From: Chiloscyllium plagiosum
Lineage: Eukaryota
Length of the DNA: 64,000 bases
Assembly (NCBI RefSeq): GCF_004010195.1
Contig: NC_057755.1
Span: forward strand, 1,291,306-1,355,305
Direction: 5' to 3'
The notes beneath the pieces are model-generated. The model was not told the origin of the DNA. It saw nothing but the letters and a program-made list of their open reading frames with translations, and ran no database searches. The number at the start of each line of letters is the position of its first letter. Within the stretch, counting starts at the first letter, position 1. Position numbers and translations under genes: made by a program. Shown one piece after another: positions 25,477 to 37,174 of this stretch.

Positions 25477-27200
25477 CACAAGGAAATGCTTTGTGTCCAA
25501 ATTGAAACACTGCGAGTGAACACTATCCTAATAAAGGAAAAGGTGAAAACTTTCCAGCTTGTTGATCGATACACCTGAGCTAAAGGTTATTTCTACTGTT
25601 CGAGATCAGAAACTTGTAGAACATGGACTGCTGTCAAGAGGCACAGGTCTTGAAAAGTGGAGAGAGAAAAACATCTCAGGAGAGAACTGGAAAAAATCAG
25701 AGTTGATCAATTATTCCAGAATAGTTTTTCCCAGAGAAAATTGAATTCTGGGAGTTCAGCAGCAGTGAACGGAGTCCCAGGCATTGGAAAAACAACAATG
25801 GTACAGAAGATTGTTTATGATTGTGCCACTGGGAAAAAATTCCCACAATTTCAATTTATATTCAGTTTTAAATTTCGGGATTTGAACGCTGTTAACTTCA
25901 GAACAAGCCTGAAGAATTTGATACTGGATCAGTATCCTTACTTTGGGAATGTTCTGGGAGAGCTCTGGAACAACCCAGAGGGTTTGCTGTTTATATTTGA
26001 TGGTTTGGATGAATTCAAAGGTTGTATTGATTTTTCTGACAATCAGAAAAATACAGAGCCTCCGTTGATATGCACTGATCCTGAATGCTGTTGTGAAGTA
26101 TCTGACATTGTGTATGGTTTAATCCAGCACAAGTTGCTCCCAGAATGTTCAGTGCTCGTAACCAGCCAGCCCACTGCATTCCATTTATTGGAAAAGGCTG
26201 AGATCGGGGTTGGGCTGAAATCCTGGCATTTGTTGGTGATCAGTGGAAGGAATATTTCAACAAGTTTTTTGAGGATCAGAATGTGGCAGCTGCAGTTTTC
26301 AAACACGTGGAGGAGAACGAGATCCTGTACACCATGTGCTACAACCCTTCGTACTGCTGGATCTTCTGTCTCTCACTGGGTCCCTTTTTCACAGAAGAAG
26401 ACAAGAAAAAGCAGCAAGTTCCAAAGACCATCACTCAACTATATTCCTGTTATATTTATAACATTCTGAAAAACCATGGCCGGGAGACTGGAGATCCCCG
26501 TGATGTGTTACTTAAGCTTGGTGAGATGGCCTTCGCAGGAGTCTCTGAGAAGAAGATTGTGTTTGGGGAAGGAGATTTGATCCAGCACAATCTGCAACCC
26601 TCCCAGTTCCTGTCCGGATTCCTGATGGAACTTTTGGCGAGAGATGATTCTGTCTGTTGTGTTGTTTACACATTCCCACATCTCACCATTCAAGAATTTG
26701 TAGCTGCACTCACACAATATTAATTGCACATCCTAAAAACATTCAAAACCTCCTCCTGAAGCTCGCAGCAAGGATGATGGGAGATTTGAAATATTTCTTC
26801 TTTTCATTGCTGGTCTGTCTTCCCCACAGGCAGCATGCCCCTTGCGGAAGGTTCTGGGTCCATTTCAGCATCACACAACCTGTGGAGTGATTGAGTGGGT
26901 GAAGAAAACCCTTGTCACAGTGGCTGGACGTATGATGGATCACACTGGAAAAAGAAACCTCTTGATGATGGTGCACTATCTATTTGAGTCTCAGAATAAA
27001 GCATTGGCTCAGGCCACAGTTGGATCTGTGGAAATACTTAATTTTGATGGATTGCGACTGAACCGTATTGACTGTGCGGTCCTCTCTCATGTTTTTGAGC
27101 TCTGCGACTCAATAAAACAGCTCACACTACAGAAATGCTATATACAGTGTGAAGGACTCCAGCGGCTGGTATCTGTTCTGCACAAATGCCACAACTTGCG
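25477..27200 (+). pseudogene. NACHT-domain exon of an NLR (NLRP3/NLRC3-like) pseudogene
   Basis: Walker A GVPGIGKTT (25771-25797), Walker B LLFIFDGLDE (25984-26013), CYNPSYCWI, YTFPHLTIQEFVAA, HYLFESQN, first LRR; donor CG|gtaact at 27200. Indels at ~25574 (+1), 25667-71 (+2), ~26210, ~26720 and ~26756 (-1 each). Confidence 0.92.
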
Positions 27201-27232
27201 GTAACTGCTTGTTCAGTACCTTCATTATTGAT

Positions 27233-27380
27233 TAAAGTTAAAAGTCTCACAATGCCAGCTTATAGTTCAACAGGTTTATTTGGAAGCACTAGCTTCGAAA
27301 ATAAACTTGCTAGACTATAACTTGATGTTGTGTGATTTTTAACTTTTGTCCATCCCAGTCCAACAGCAGCACCTCCAAAT
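27233..27380. mobile_element. Palindromic PLE-family-B insert with 13-bp TSD
   Basis: TSD cttcattattgat at 27220-27232 and 27381-27393; arms aaagttaaaagtctcacaa..tatagt..gtttattt / aaataaac..actata..tgtgatttttaacttt. Confidence 0.8.
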
Positions 27381-30300
27381 CTTCATTATTGATAAACCAT
27401 TTATTGTGTAGCAAAATAAGCAAAACATGTTTTTCATTTCAAAGAAGGCACAGTCAGAAAAGTTTTAGAAGATAAGACAACTGTTAAATGTGAGGTGAAA
27501 AATAGAACGATGGTTTTGCAAACCAATTGTTGCTGTACTTAGGGGTATCTTGTTGAACTTGGATGTGGAGATGAGATGAAAAGGAAAAGATGAGGTATTT
27601 AGTTATATGACTAGAATATTGATATTCTAAGAATTTTAAACAACAATGCTGTGCAAAATAAATTTTAAACAATGCTAAGAATTTAGAACATCAATTTTAA
27701 GCTACACAGTGAAGACAACTGAAGTGTCATCAGAAGTAATAGACTGGCTCCTTAGATGTGGCAAGTATTTAAATTAAGATAACTACATCCGATGATGTTT
27801 TGAAATCTAATTATTTACACAGTTCAGTAAAAATAACAATCTTCTGTTTGAAATACTCTAAATACTCCAAATCACTAATTATCCAGCACATTGATAGGAC
27901 CTTGCACGTAGTGGACAGTCTCTCTTTGAAAATTTTCAATGTTAGACAACAGGATTTTCCAATTGTCCACTCCCATATGTGAGCATCTGCTGGAAGTTAG
28001 GGACTCCCAGAAATTCCCTTGCAATACAACAATAGCTGCACCTGTAGTAAATATGTAGTCTGTTGAATGGTGAATAAAGTGGAAACTCCCCTACAAATAG
28101 AACAATGATATTTCAAGAATGTAATGACAGGGAATAAAATTTTGTCCTTGCATAAAATTGAGTGGAATGGATTTTATAGCAACAGTTAATATGGTTTCAT
28201 GATAATAGTCACACTGAAATAGTATGAAAGTTCAAATGATGTGCGGTTACAAAGTACAAGGAATTGCCGCTTTATCATTGAATTTATAGAAAATTGTGCC
28301 CTTCTCCTAAATTACCAGATTTTGGAACATCTCTGATTAAAGAAATTTTCCATAACATAGCAGGGCCAGTTGCTGACCTTCTGGAAGTTAAATGGGATTA
28401 TTCGAGGAATTATAGTAATGTAAACAGTGTTAAATTATTTTTACCTTTCTCCTCTGTATGTAATAAAGGTGTTTTAGTCTATTTTCTTATAGTCATATAG
28501 CACGGAAACGGACCCTTTGGTCCAACCAGTCCATGCTGAACAGAAACTAAACTGGTCCCATCCTGCCTGCTCCTGGCCCATATCCCTCCAAATCTTTTCT
28601 ATTTGTGTACTTATCCAAACATCTTTTAAACGCATGTACCTACATCTATCACTTCCTTGAAGTTCATTATATGTGTGAACCACCCTATGTGTTTTTAAAA
28701 AAACAATTGCCTCACATTTCGTCTTTTAAATCTCTCTCTCCTCTCACCTTCAAAATATGCCCCCTGGTCTTGAAATCCTTCATTAAAGGGAATTTCCTTT
28801 TGGATATCTCCTCCAAAAACAAAGTTTGTGAAGTTCAATTTTTAAACGACTCAAAATTGTCGAGGATTAAAACCGCTTCGTTTATACAGATGACTGGGGG
28901 ATAATTCATACTAAATGCATATGCAAGCGCACACATTCACTCGTATACAGATACAAGGAAGCAGGAAGACAAAAGTAAGTTTCAAAAATTTGAATGGCTT
29001 TTAATCAATGCCGACATCTTGTTTTTGAATTTCAATTTGAGTCCAGTAATTTAATGTCCAATGAATGTTTGGAGTTAGCTAGAAGCAGCTCTGCTGGTGG
29101 ATTACAATTGAAGGTGCAGCATTAAAATTTTTCAGTGTGGGGTATGCATTTACTTTGCAGGTTATATACATGATTCTCAGCAGAATTAAAACGTTTGAGA
29201 AATGGTTAATGTATAATTTTACTAACACTGTTACAAAGTATCTTCTATACACAAACATACAGGCAGAATTAAAAATTATGGTGTTACGGAGGGATGGGGA
29301 AAAAAACTGGATGATGGTTCATTAGCCCCTCCCCACTGAGTCCTCTGAGAATGTTTTTTTTTTACTGACCAGGACTTGCTGTTCTTCCATTGCTCTTCTC
29401 CAGGTTCACTTCCTTGCAGAAGGCACTGCATAACTCACAAATTACAAAGCCGAAAATTTCTGGCTGTAACAACTGCTCCTTTTTTTTTTTCAGGAATTTT
29501 AGATGTTGGAGTTGATTTCCTTGAATTCTCGCAGTTTTATATTACTGTCTTATATGCTGTTGCATTGTTTTGGAACTTCGGAGAAAAAAAAGTCAAAACA
29601 ACAGCACTTTAAAAAGGGAGAAGAACAGACAAAGGTAGCACATGATGAGATCAGTCCAGGGAAGAGGGAGAAAAAGAAACCCACATTGCTAACTGACAGT
29701 TACTGCCTTTGCTGTTGAATTCATGTATTGCTGAACATCCGAGTGTGTCTCGGAAAATTAAATGAACTTCAAAATTGATCTTGGAGGAATCTGTTGGGAG
29801 CGGTCACAGCACAAAAGCAGCAAGCGCGGCCTTAAAATAAGTCTGCAGCCGTGAGTAGGGTGAGTTCTTTCTTGATTCAATGTTTTATTGAGCTATGTCT
29901 CTTGATTAAAATGTAAGCCATAAGTATTCATTTAACCTGGAGCAGTGTTTTGTAGAGAAATAAGACTGCTATTTTCTCGGTCTCTAGATTGGAAGAAGCA
30001 AAAATGGACCTTAGTAGAGCGATATGCTCTTCTTATTGGATGTGGAAGTTTAGGGAGAGTTTACGGGTTACTGAGAATTATATCTGCAATGAATGCTGTT
30101 GGTTGTGAATCCTAGCAGATTGAATGGATTGATTGGAGAGGCAGTTAGAGGCAATGAGGAATTTACTAGAGGAAGGGGGTGTTTTAGATGGCAATTTTGG
30201 GAAGGGGGAAATGTCTCAGATACAGTCACATAGATGGGATAACCCCAGGAAAGGTAGGAGAGGTAGGCAGGTAGTGAGGGAGACTTCTGTGGCTATCCCT

Positions 30301-32000
30301 ATTTCAAACAAGTATGCTGTTTTCGAAAATGGAAGGGGTAATGGATTCTCAGGGGGATGTAGCGCAAGCAGACAAGTTTCTGGGATTGAGACTGGCTCGA
30401 ATGTCTTTGGGGGGGTACATCGGTTTTCAAGAGATCGATTGTGTTAGTGGAATCTCTTGTCGGAGGTACAGCCAGGCGTTTTTGTGGCCAGCAGTGAAAA
30501 ATCAGAATGGTGTGTTGCTTCCCGGGTGCCAGGATCAAGGATGTCTACGAGCAAGTGCAGAATGTTTTCAAGGGGGAGAGGGCCCAGCAGGAGGTCATCG
30601 CACACATGGGAACCAACTTCATGGGAAAATAAATGGTTGAGATTCTGAAGGGAGATTAGAGTTAGGCAAGAATTTAAAAAGGAGGTCCTCAAGAATAATA
30701 ATATCTGGATTACTACCGGTACTACGAGCTAGTTGGGGTAGGAATAGGAGGATCGATCAGATTAATGCGTGGCTGACGAGCTGGTGTATGGGAGAAGCAT
30801 TCACATTTTTGGATCATTGGAATCTCTTTTGGGGTAGAGGTGACCTATAAAAGAAGGACGGATTGCACCTAACTTAGAAGGGGACTAATATACTGGCAGG
30901 GAGATTTGCTACAGCTGATCAGGAGGATTCAAACTAGTAAAGGGGAGGGGGAGCCCCAGGAGATAGTGAGGAAAGAGATTAATCTGAGACTGGTACAACT
31001 GAAAAAAGAAGCGAACCAAACAGTCAGGGCAGGCAGAACAAGATAGGACGGATAAATTAAACTGCATTTATTTCAATGCAAGAGGCCTAAAAGGGAAGGC
31101 AGATGAACTCTGGGCATGGTTGGGAAAATGGGACTGGGATATCATAGCAGTTACAGAAGCATGGCTCAGGCATGGGCAGGACTGGCAGCTTGATGTTACA
31201 GGATACAAAAGCTACAGGAAGGGAGTCAAGAGAGGAGGGGGACTCGTTTATTTGATAAGGGATAGCATGACAGCTGTACTGAGGGAGGATATTCCCGGAA
31301 ATACATCCAAGGACATTATTTGGGTGGAACTAAGAAATAAGAAAGGGATGATCACCTTGTTGGGATTGTATTATTGACCCCTGAAAAGTCAGGGGGAAAT
31401 TGAGAAGCAAATTTGGAAGGAGATCTTAGTTATCTGTAAGAAGAAAAAATAGGGTAGTTATGGAGGGGATTTTAACTCCCCAAACGTAGACTGGGACTGC
31501 CATAGAGTTAAGGGTTCAGATGGAGAGGAATATGTTAAGTGTGTACAAGAAAATTTTCTGATTTGCCTACGAGAAAAGGTGCAAAACTTGACCTACTCTT
31601 GGGAAATAAGGCAGGGCAAGTGACTGGTGGGGGAGCACTTTGGGGCCAGCGACCATAATTTTATTTTTAAAATAATGATTGAAAAGGATAGACCAGATCT
31701 AAAGTTGAAGTTCTAAATTGGAGGAAGGCCAATTTTGACAGTATTAGCAAGAACTTTTGAAAGCTGATTCGGGGGCAGATGTTCACAGGTAAAGGGACGG
31801 CTGGAAAATGGGAATCCTTCAGAAATGAGATAACGAGAGTTCAGAGAAAATATTCTGGTTAGGGTGAAAGGAAAGGCTGGTAGGTATATGGAATGCTGGA
31901 TGACTAAAGAAATTGAGGGTTTGGTTAAGAAAAAGAAGAAAGCATATGTCAGGTATAGACAGAACAGATCGAGTGAATTCTTGATCTTCGGGCGGCCTTC

Positions 32001-32333
32001 GGGCGGCGCGGTGGCACAGTGGTTAGCACTGCTGCCTCACAGCACCAGAGGCCCGGGTTCAATTCCCGACTCAGGCGACTGACTGTGTAACGTTTGCACG
32101 TTCTCCCCGTGTCTGCGTGGGTTTCCTCCGGGTGCTCTGGTTTCCTCCCACAGTCCAAAAGATGTGCAGGTCAGGTGAATTGGCTATGCTAAATTGCCCA
32201 TAGTGTTAGGTAAAAAGGGGTACATGTAGGGTGGGTTGCGCTTCGGTGGGTCGGTGTGGACTTGATGGGCCGAAGGGCCTGTTTCCACACTGTAAGTAAT
32301 CTAATCTAAAAAAAATCTAATCTAATCTAAAAA
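32001..32333 (+). mobile_element. HE1-like V-SINE inserted in CR1
   Basis: A-box gtggcacagtgg, B-box ggttcaattcc, V-domain core, (TAATC)n tail. Confidence 0.9.
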
Positions 32334-33054
32334 AGAATAAAGGCAGTAGGAGTATACTTGAGAGAAATCAGGAGGGCAAAAAGGGGACATGAGATACTTT
32401 GGCAAATAGAGTTAAGGAGAATTCAAAGGGTTTTTACAAATACATTAAGGACAAAAGTGTAACTAGGGAGAGAATAGGGTCCCTCAACGATCAGCAAGGC
32501 AGCCTGTCTGTGGAGGCGCAGGAGATGTGTAGTTTACATTAGTGTTACTGTGGAAAAGGACATGAAAGATATAGAATGTAGGAAAATCGATGGTGACATC
32601 TTGAAAAATGCCCATAGTACATAGGAGGAAATGCTGGATGTTTTGAAATGCATTAAAAAATGGATAAATCCCTGGACTTGATCAGGTATACCCTAAACAC
32701 TGTGGGAAGCTAGAGAAGTGATTGTTGGGCCTTTTACTGAGATCTTTGTATCATCAGTAGTCACAGGTGAGGTGCCGGAAGACTGGAGTTTGGCTAATGT
32801 GGTGCTACTCTTAAGGGTCGTAAGGACAAGCCAGGGAACTATAGACCAGTGAGCCTGACGTCGGTGGTAGGCAAGTTGTTAGAGGGAATCCTGAGGGACA
32901 GGATGTGCATGTATTTGGAAAGGTAAGGACTGATTAGGGATAGTCAACATGGCTTTATGCGAGGAAAACATTGTCTCACAAACTTGATTGAATGTTTTGA
33001 AGAAGTAGCAAAGATGATTGAGGAGGGCAGAGCAGTAGATGTGATCTATATGGA

Positions 33055-33236
33055 GGAGAAAGTGAGGTCTGCAGATGCTGGAGATCAAAGTTGAAACTTT
33101 ATTGCTGGAACAGCACAGCAGGTCAGGCAGCATCCAGGGAACAGGAGATTCGACGTTTCGGGCACAGGCCCTTCTTCAGGACCCTGAAGAAGGGCCTGTG
33201 CCCGAAACGTCGAATCTCCTGTTCCCTGGATGCTGC
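33055..33236. mobile_element. PLE-derived hairpin insert with two back-to-back hammerheads and 14-bp TSD
   Basis: TSD gtgatctatatgga at 33041-33054 and 33237-33250; perfect 54-bp inverted repeat 33127-33180/33183-33236. Confidence 0.9.
33183..33215 (+). ncRNA. Minimal hammerhead ribozyme motif (mirror copy on - strand at 33148-33180)
   Basis: CTGAAGA-a-gggc-ctgt-gccc-GAAA-CG-TC-gaat. Confidence 0.75.
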
Positions 33237-33920
33237 GTGATCTATATGGACTTCAGTAAGGCATTCGACAAGGTTCCCCATGGGAGACTGGTGAGCAAGG
33301 TTAGATCTCAGTGGAATACAAGGAGAACTAGCCATTTGGATACAGAACTGGCTTAACAGTAGAAGACAGGGGGTGGTGGTGGAGAGTTTTTCAGACTGGA
33401 GGCCTTTGACCAGTGGAGTGCCACAAGGATCGGTGCTGGGTCCACTACTTTTTGTCATTTATATAAATGATTTGGATGTGAGCATAAGAGATATAGTCAG
33501 TAAGTTTGCAGATGACACCAAAATTAGAGGAGGACAGTGAAGAAGGTTACTTCAGATTACAACAGGATCTGGACCAGATGGGCCAATGGGCTGAGAAGTG
33601 GCAGATGGAGTTTAATTTAGATAAATGTGAGGTCCTGCATTTTGGAAAAGCAGATCTTAGCGGGACTTGTACACTTAATGGTAAGGTCCTAGGGATTGTT
33701 ACTGAACATAGATCTTGGAGTGCAGCTTCATAGCTCCTTTGAAAGTGGAGTTGCAGGTAGATGGGATCGTGAAGAAGGCATTTGGTATGCTTTCCTTTAT
33801 TGGTCAGAGTGTTGAGTACAGGAGTTGGGAGATCATGTTACGGCTGTACAGGACATTGGTTAGGCCACTGTTGGAATATTGTGTGCAATTCTGGTCTCCT
33901 CCCTATCGGAAAGATGTTGT

Positions 33921-36350
33921 TCTTTCTTTCTCCTCTTTCTTGCTCCTCTCTTTCTTGCTCCTCTCTTTCTTGCTCCTCTCTTTCTTGCTCCTCTCTTTCT
34001 TGCTCCTCTCTTTCTTGCTCCTCTCTTTCTTGCTCCTCTCTTTCTTGCTCCTCTCTTTCTTGCTCCTCTCTTTCTTGCTCCTCTCTTTCTTGCTCCTCTC
34101 TTTCTTGCTCCTCTCTTTCTTGCTCCTCTCTTTCTTGCTCCTCTCTTTCTTGCTCCTCTCTTTCTTGCTCCTCTCTTTCTTGCTCCTCTCTTTCTTGCTC
34201 CTCTCTTTCTTGCTCCTCTCTTTCTTGCTCCTCTCTTTCTTGCTCCTCTCTTTCTTGCTCCTCTCTTTCTTGCTCCTCTCTTTCTTGCTCCTCTCTTTCT
34301 TGCTCCTCTCTTTCTTGCTCCTCTCTTTCTTGCTCCTCTCTTTCTTGCTCCTCTCTTTCTTGCTCCTCTCTTTCTTGCTCCTCTCTTTCTTGCTCCTCTC
34401 TTTCTTGCTCCTCTCTTTCTTGCTCCTCTCTTTCTTGCTCCTCGCTCCTTGCTTTCTTGCTCCTCGCTCCTTGCTTTCTCCTCGCTTGCTTTCTTTCTTT
34501 CTCCTCGCTTTCTCTCTTTCTTTCTTTCTCCTCGCTTTCTCTCTTTCTTTCTTTCTCCTCGCTTTCTCTTTCTTTCTCCTCGCTTTCTCTTTCTTTCTCC
34601 TCGCTTTCTCTTTCTTTCTCCTCGCTTTCTCTTTCTTTCTCCTCGCTTTCTCTTTCTTTCTCCTCGCTTTCTCTTTCTTTCTCCTCGCTTTCTCTTTCTT
34701 TCTCCTCGCTTTCTCTTTCTTTCTCCTCGCTTTCTCTTTCTTTCTCCTCGCTTTCTCTTTCTTTCTCCTCGCTTTCTCTTTCTTTCTCCTCGCTTTCTCT
34801 TTCTTTCTCCTCGCTTTCTCTTTCTTTCTCCTCGCTTTCTCTTTCTTTCTCCTCGCTTTCTCTTTCTTTCTCCTCGCTTTCTCTTTCTTTCTCCTCGCTT
34901 TCTCTTTCTTTCTCCTCGCTTTCTCTTTCTTTCTCCTCGCTTTCTCTTTCTTTCTCCTCGCTTTCTCTTTCTTTCTCCTCGCTTTCTCTTTCTTTCTCCT
35001 CGCTTTCTCTTTCTTTCTCCTCGCTTTCTCTTTCTTTCTCCTCGCTTTCTCTTTCTTTCTCCTCGCTTTCTCTTTCTTTCTCCTCGCTTTCTCTTTCTTT
35101 CTCCTCGCTTTCTCTTTCTTTCTCCTCGCTTTCTCTTTCTTTCTCCTCGCTTTCTCTTTCTTTCTTTCTCCTCGCTTTCTCTTTCTTTCTTTCTCCTCGC
35201 TTTCTCTTTCTTTCTTTCTCCTCGCTTTCTCTTTCTTTCTTTCTCCTCGCTTTCTCTTTCTTTCTTTCTCCTCGCTTTCTCTTTCTTTCTTTCTCCTCGC
35301 TTTCTCTTTCTTTCTTTCTCCTCGCTTTCTCTTTCTTTCTTTCTCCTCGCTTTCTCTTTCTTTCTTTCTCCTCGCTTTCTCTTTCTTTCTTTCTCCTCGC
35401 TTTCTCTTTCTTTCTTTCTCCTCGCTTTCTCTTTCTTTCTTTCTCCTCGCTTTCTCTTTCTTTCTTTCTCCTCGCTTTCTCTTTCTTTCTTTCTCCTCGC
35501 TTTCTCTTTCTTTCTTTCTCCTCGCTTTCTCTTTCTTTCTTTCTCCTCGCTTTCTCTTTCTTTCTTTCTCCTCGCTTTCTCTTTCTTTCTTTCTCCTCGC
35601 TTTCTCTTTCTTTCTTTCTCCTCGCTTTCTCTTTCTTTCTTTCTCCTCGCTTTCTCTTTCTTTCTTTCTCCTCGCTTTCTCTTTCTTTCTTTCTCCTCGC
35701 TTTCTCTTTCTTTCTTTCTCCTCGCTTTCTCTTTCTTTCTTTCTCCTCGCTTTCTCTTTCTTTCTTTCTCCTCGCTTTCTCTTTCTTTCTTTCTCCTCGC
35801 TTTCTCTTTCTTTCTTTCTCCTCGCTTTCTCTTTCTTTCTTTCTCCTCGCTTTCTCTTTCTTTCTTTCTCCTCGCTTTCTCTTTCTTTCTTTCTCCTCGC
35901 TTTCTCTTTCTTTCTTTCTCCTCGCTTTCTCTTTCTTTCTTTCTCCTCGCTTTCTCTTTCTTTCTTTCTCCTCGCTTTCTCTTTCTTTCTTTCTCCTCGC
36001 TTTCTCTTTCTTTCTTTCTCCTCGCTTTCTCTTTCTTTCTTTCTCCTCGCTTTCTCTTTCTTTCTTTCTCCTCGCTTTCTCTTTCTTTCTTTCTCCTCGC
36101 TTTCTCTTTCTTTCTTTCTCCTCGCTTTCTCTTTCTTTCTTTCTCCTCGCTTTCTCTTTCTTTCTTTCTCCTCGCTTTCTCTTTCTTTCTTTCTCCTCGC
36201 TTTCTCTCTTTCTTTCTCCTCGCTTTCTTTCTTTCTTTCTTTCTTCTCGCTTTCTTTCTCCTCGCTTTCTCTCTTTCTCCTCGCTTTCTCTTTCTTTCTT
36301 TCTTTCTCCTCGTTTTCTTTCTCCTCGCTTTCTCTCTTTCTTTCTCCTCG

Positions 36351-36384
<34 letters not shown>

Positions 36385-36455
36385 GCTCGCTTTCTTTCTG
36401 CTCGCTTTCTCTCTTTCTTTCTGCTCGCTTTCTCTCTCACTCACTCACTCTCTCG
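33921..36455 (+). repeat. 2.5-kb polypyrimidine compound satellite (15-, 21- and 25-bp units)
   Basis: (TTTCTTGCTCCTCTC) ~34x to ~34443, then (CTCCTCGCTTTCTCTTTCTTT) ~29x to ~35160, then (CTCCTCGCTTTCTCTTTCTTTCTTT) ~42x to ~36205, then degenerate. Confidence 0.98.
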
Positions 36456-36462
36456 TCTGTAG

Positions 36463-36538
36463 ACTGAGTGAAAACAATCTCTGGGAGATTCCAGTGTGAG
36501 GGTCTAAAGAATCCCGACTGTACAATAGAGACCCTGGA
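36463..36538 (+). pseudogene. Disrupted LRR exon of the NLR pseudogene
   Basis: Acceptor ctgtag|, donor |gtaagt; LSENN[+ct]LGDSSV[deletion]GLKNPDCTIETL (ribonuclease-inhibitor-type LRR). Phase 2 matches the NACHT donor; 76 nt is out of frame. Confidence 0.8.
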
Positions 36539-37174
36539 GTAAGTCCCACAATGAGAGCTTGATTTTACAATACCCGGAAGTCTGACATTGTTTATTATCC
36601 ATCTCATCAGGAATAGTGTTGTCTCAAATGTTGTTATATTATGGGTATCTGTCATAGTAATATCAGACAGTGGTAGTGAAAATTTACATGGGGCAGCATA
36701 CTATAACAAAGATAAAATCTCATTTTGTTAGTTGTTATAGGAATACCTAATTGAGATCTAATGCTGTAATATGTTATTGCACCCATAACAAATTGCATTT
36801 GCAGACAAGGGAAAGATGAATTCAATTATTTTATGGCCTTTGTCTATTAGAGCTGACTTTCTAAGTTTTGATTAATGGTCAGCTGTGAAGAGACTAACAG
36901 GCCGAATCATTTTTACTTTTTGGCTCAGTGCCAATTTTATCATGCGTCGTACAGGGTTTATGTCTCTGAGATCTTGAATTTTCTAGTGCTATCATCCCAA
37001 TCTTGCCTCAATAACTACCTTGCCTACCCCTGCAGTGGTCTGATTACACCACCCACCACTGTCTGCATATTTTAGAATGGGCTGGCATCCCTGGTGCATC
37101 TTTAAAAAGTAATTGCATGCCCAGACAAGCAGTGTTTGTACAGAACTTCCCTTCACAGATCCTGCCATCTGTCC

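Larger units (their letters stand above)
29470..33920 (+). mobile_element. Near-full-length CR1 LINE (5'UTR, ORF1 zinc finger + SGNH esterase, ORF2 EN-RT), degenerate, 3' end missing
   Basis: ORF1 from ATG 30004 (CSSY..YICNEC, CFPGARIKDV, HMGTN, DGLHL); ORF2 [46 protein letters not shown]; ends abruptly at the satellite. 5' boundary approximate. Confidence 0.9.

Noticed and set aside
25477..27200. Assigning the symbol NLRP3 or calling a functional CDS
   Set aside because: It has multiple frameshifts, and orthology within lineage-expanded shark NLRs cannot be determined by eye.
29282..29470. Second LTR starting TGTTACGG
   Set aside because: No matching CA end or TSD found; may be part of the CR1 leader.
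32001..32075. tRNA gene (A/B boxes; also at 48251, 16545-16614 and others)
   Set aside because: These are SINE heads followed by the V-domain and a CR1-like tail.
33127..33236. miRNA precursor
   Set aside because: The hairpin is fully explained by an inverted PLE insertion, and there is no evidence of processing.
33921..36455. CRISPR-like array
   Set aside because: Contiguous tandem units with no unique spacers, no cas genes, and a eukaryotic context.
33715..36499. Five 845-915 aa ORFs on both strands
   Set aside because: They are translations of the stop-free CT/GA satellite; low-complexity and not genes.
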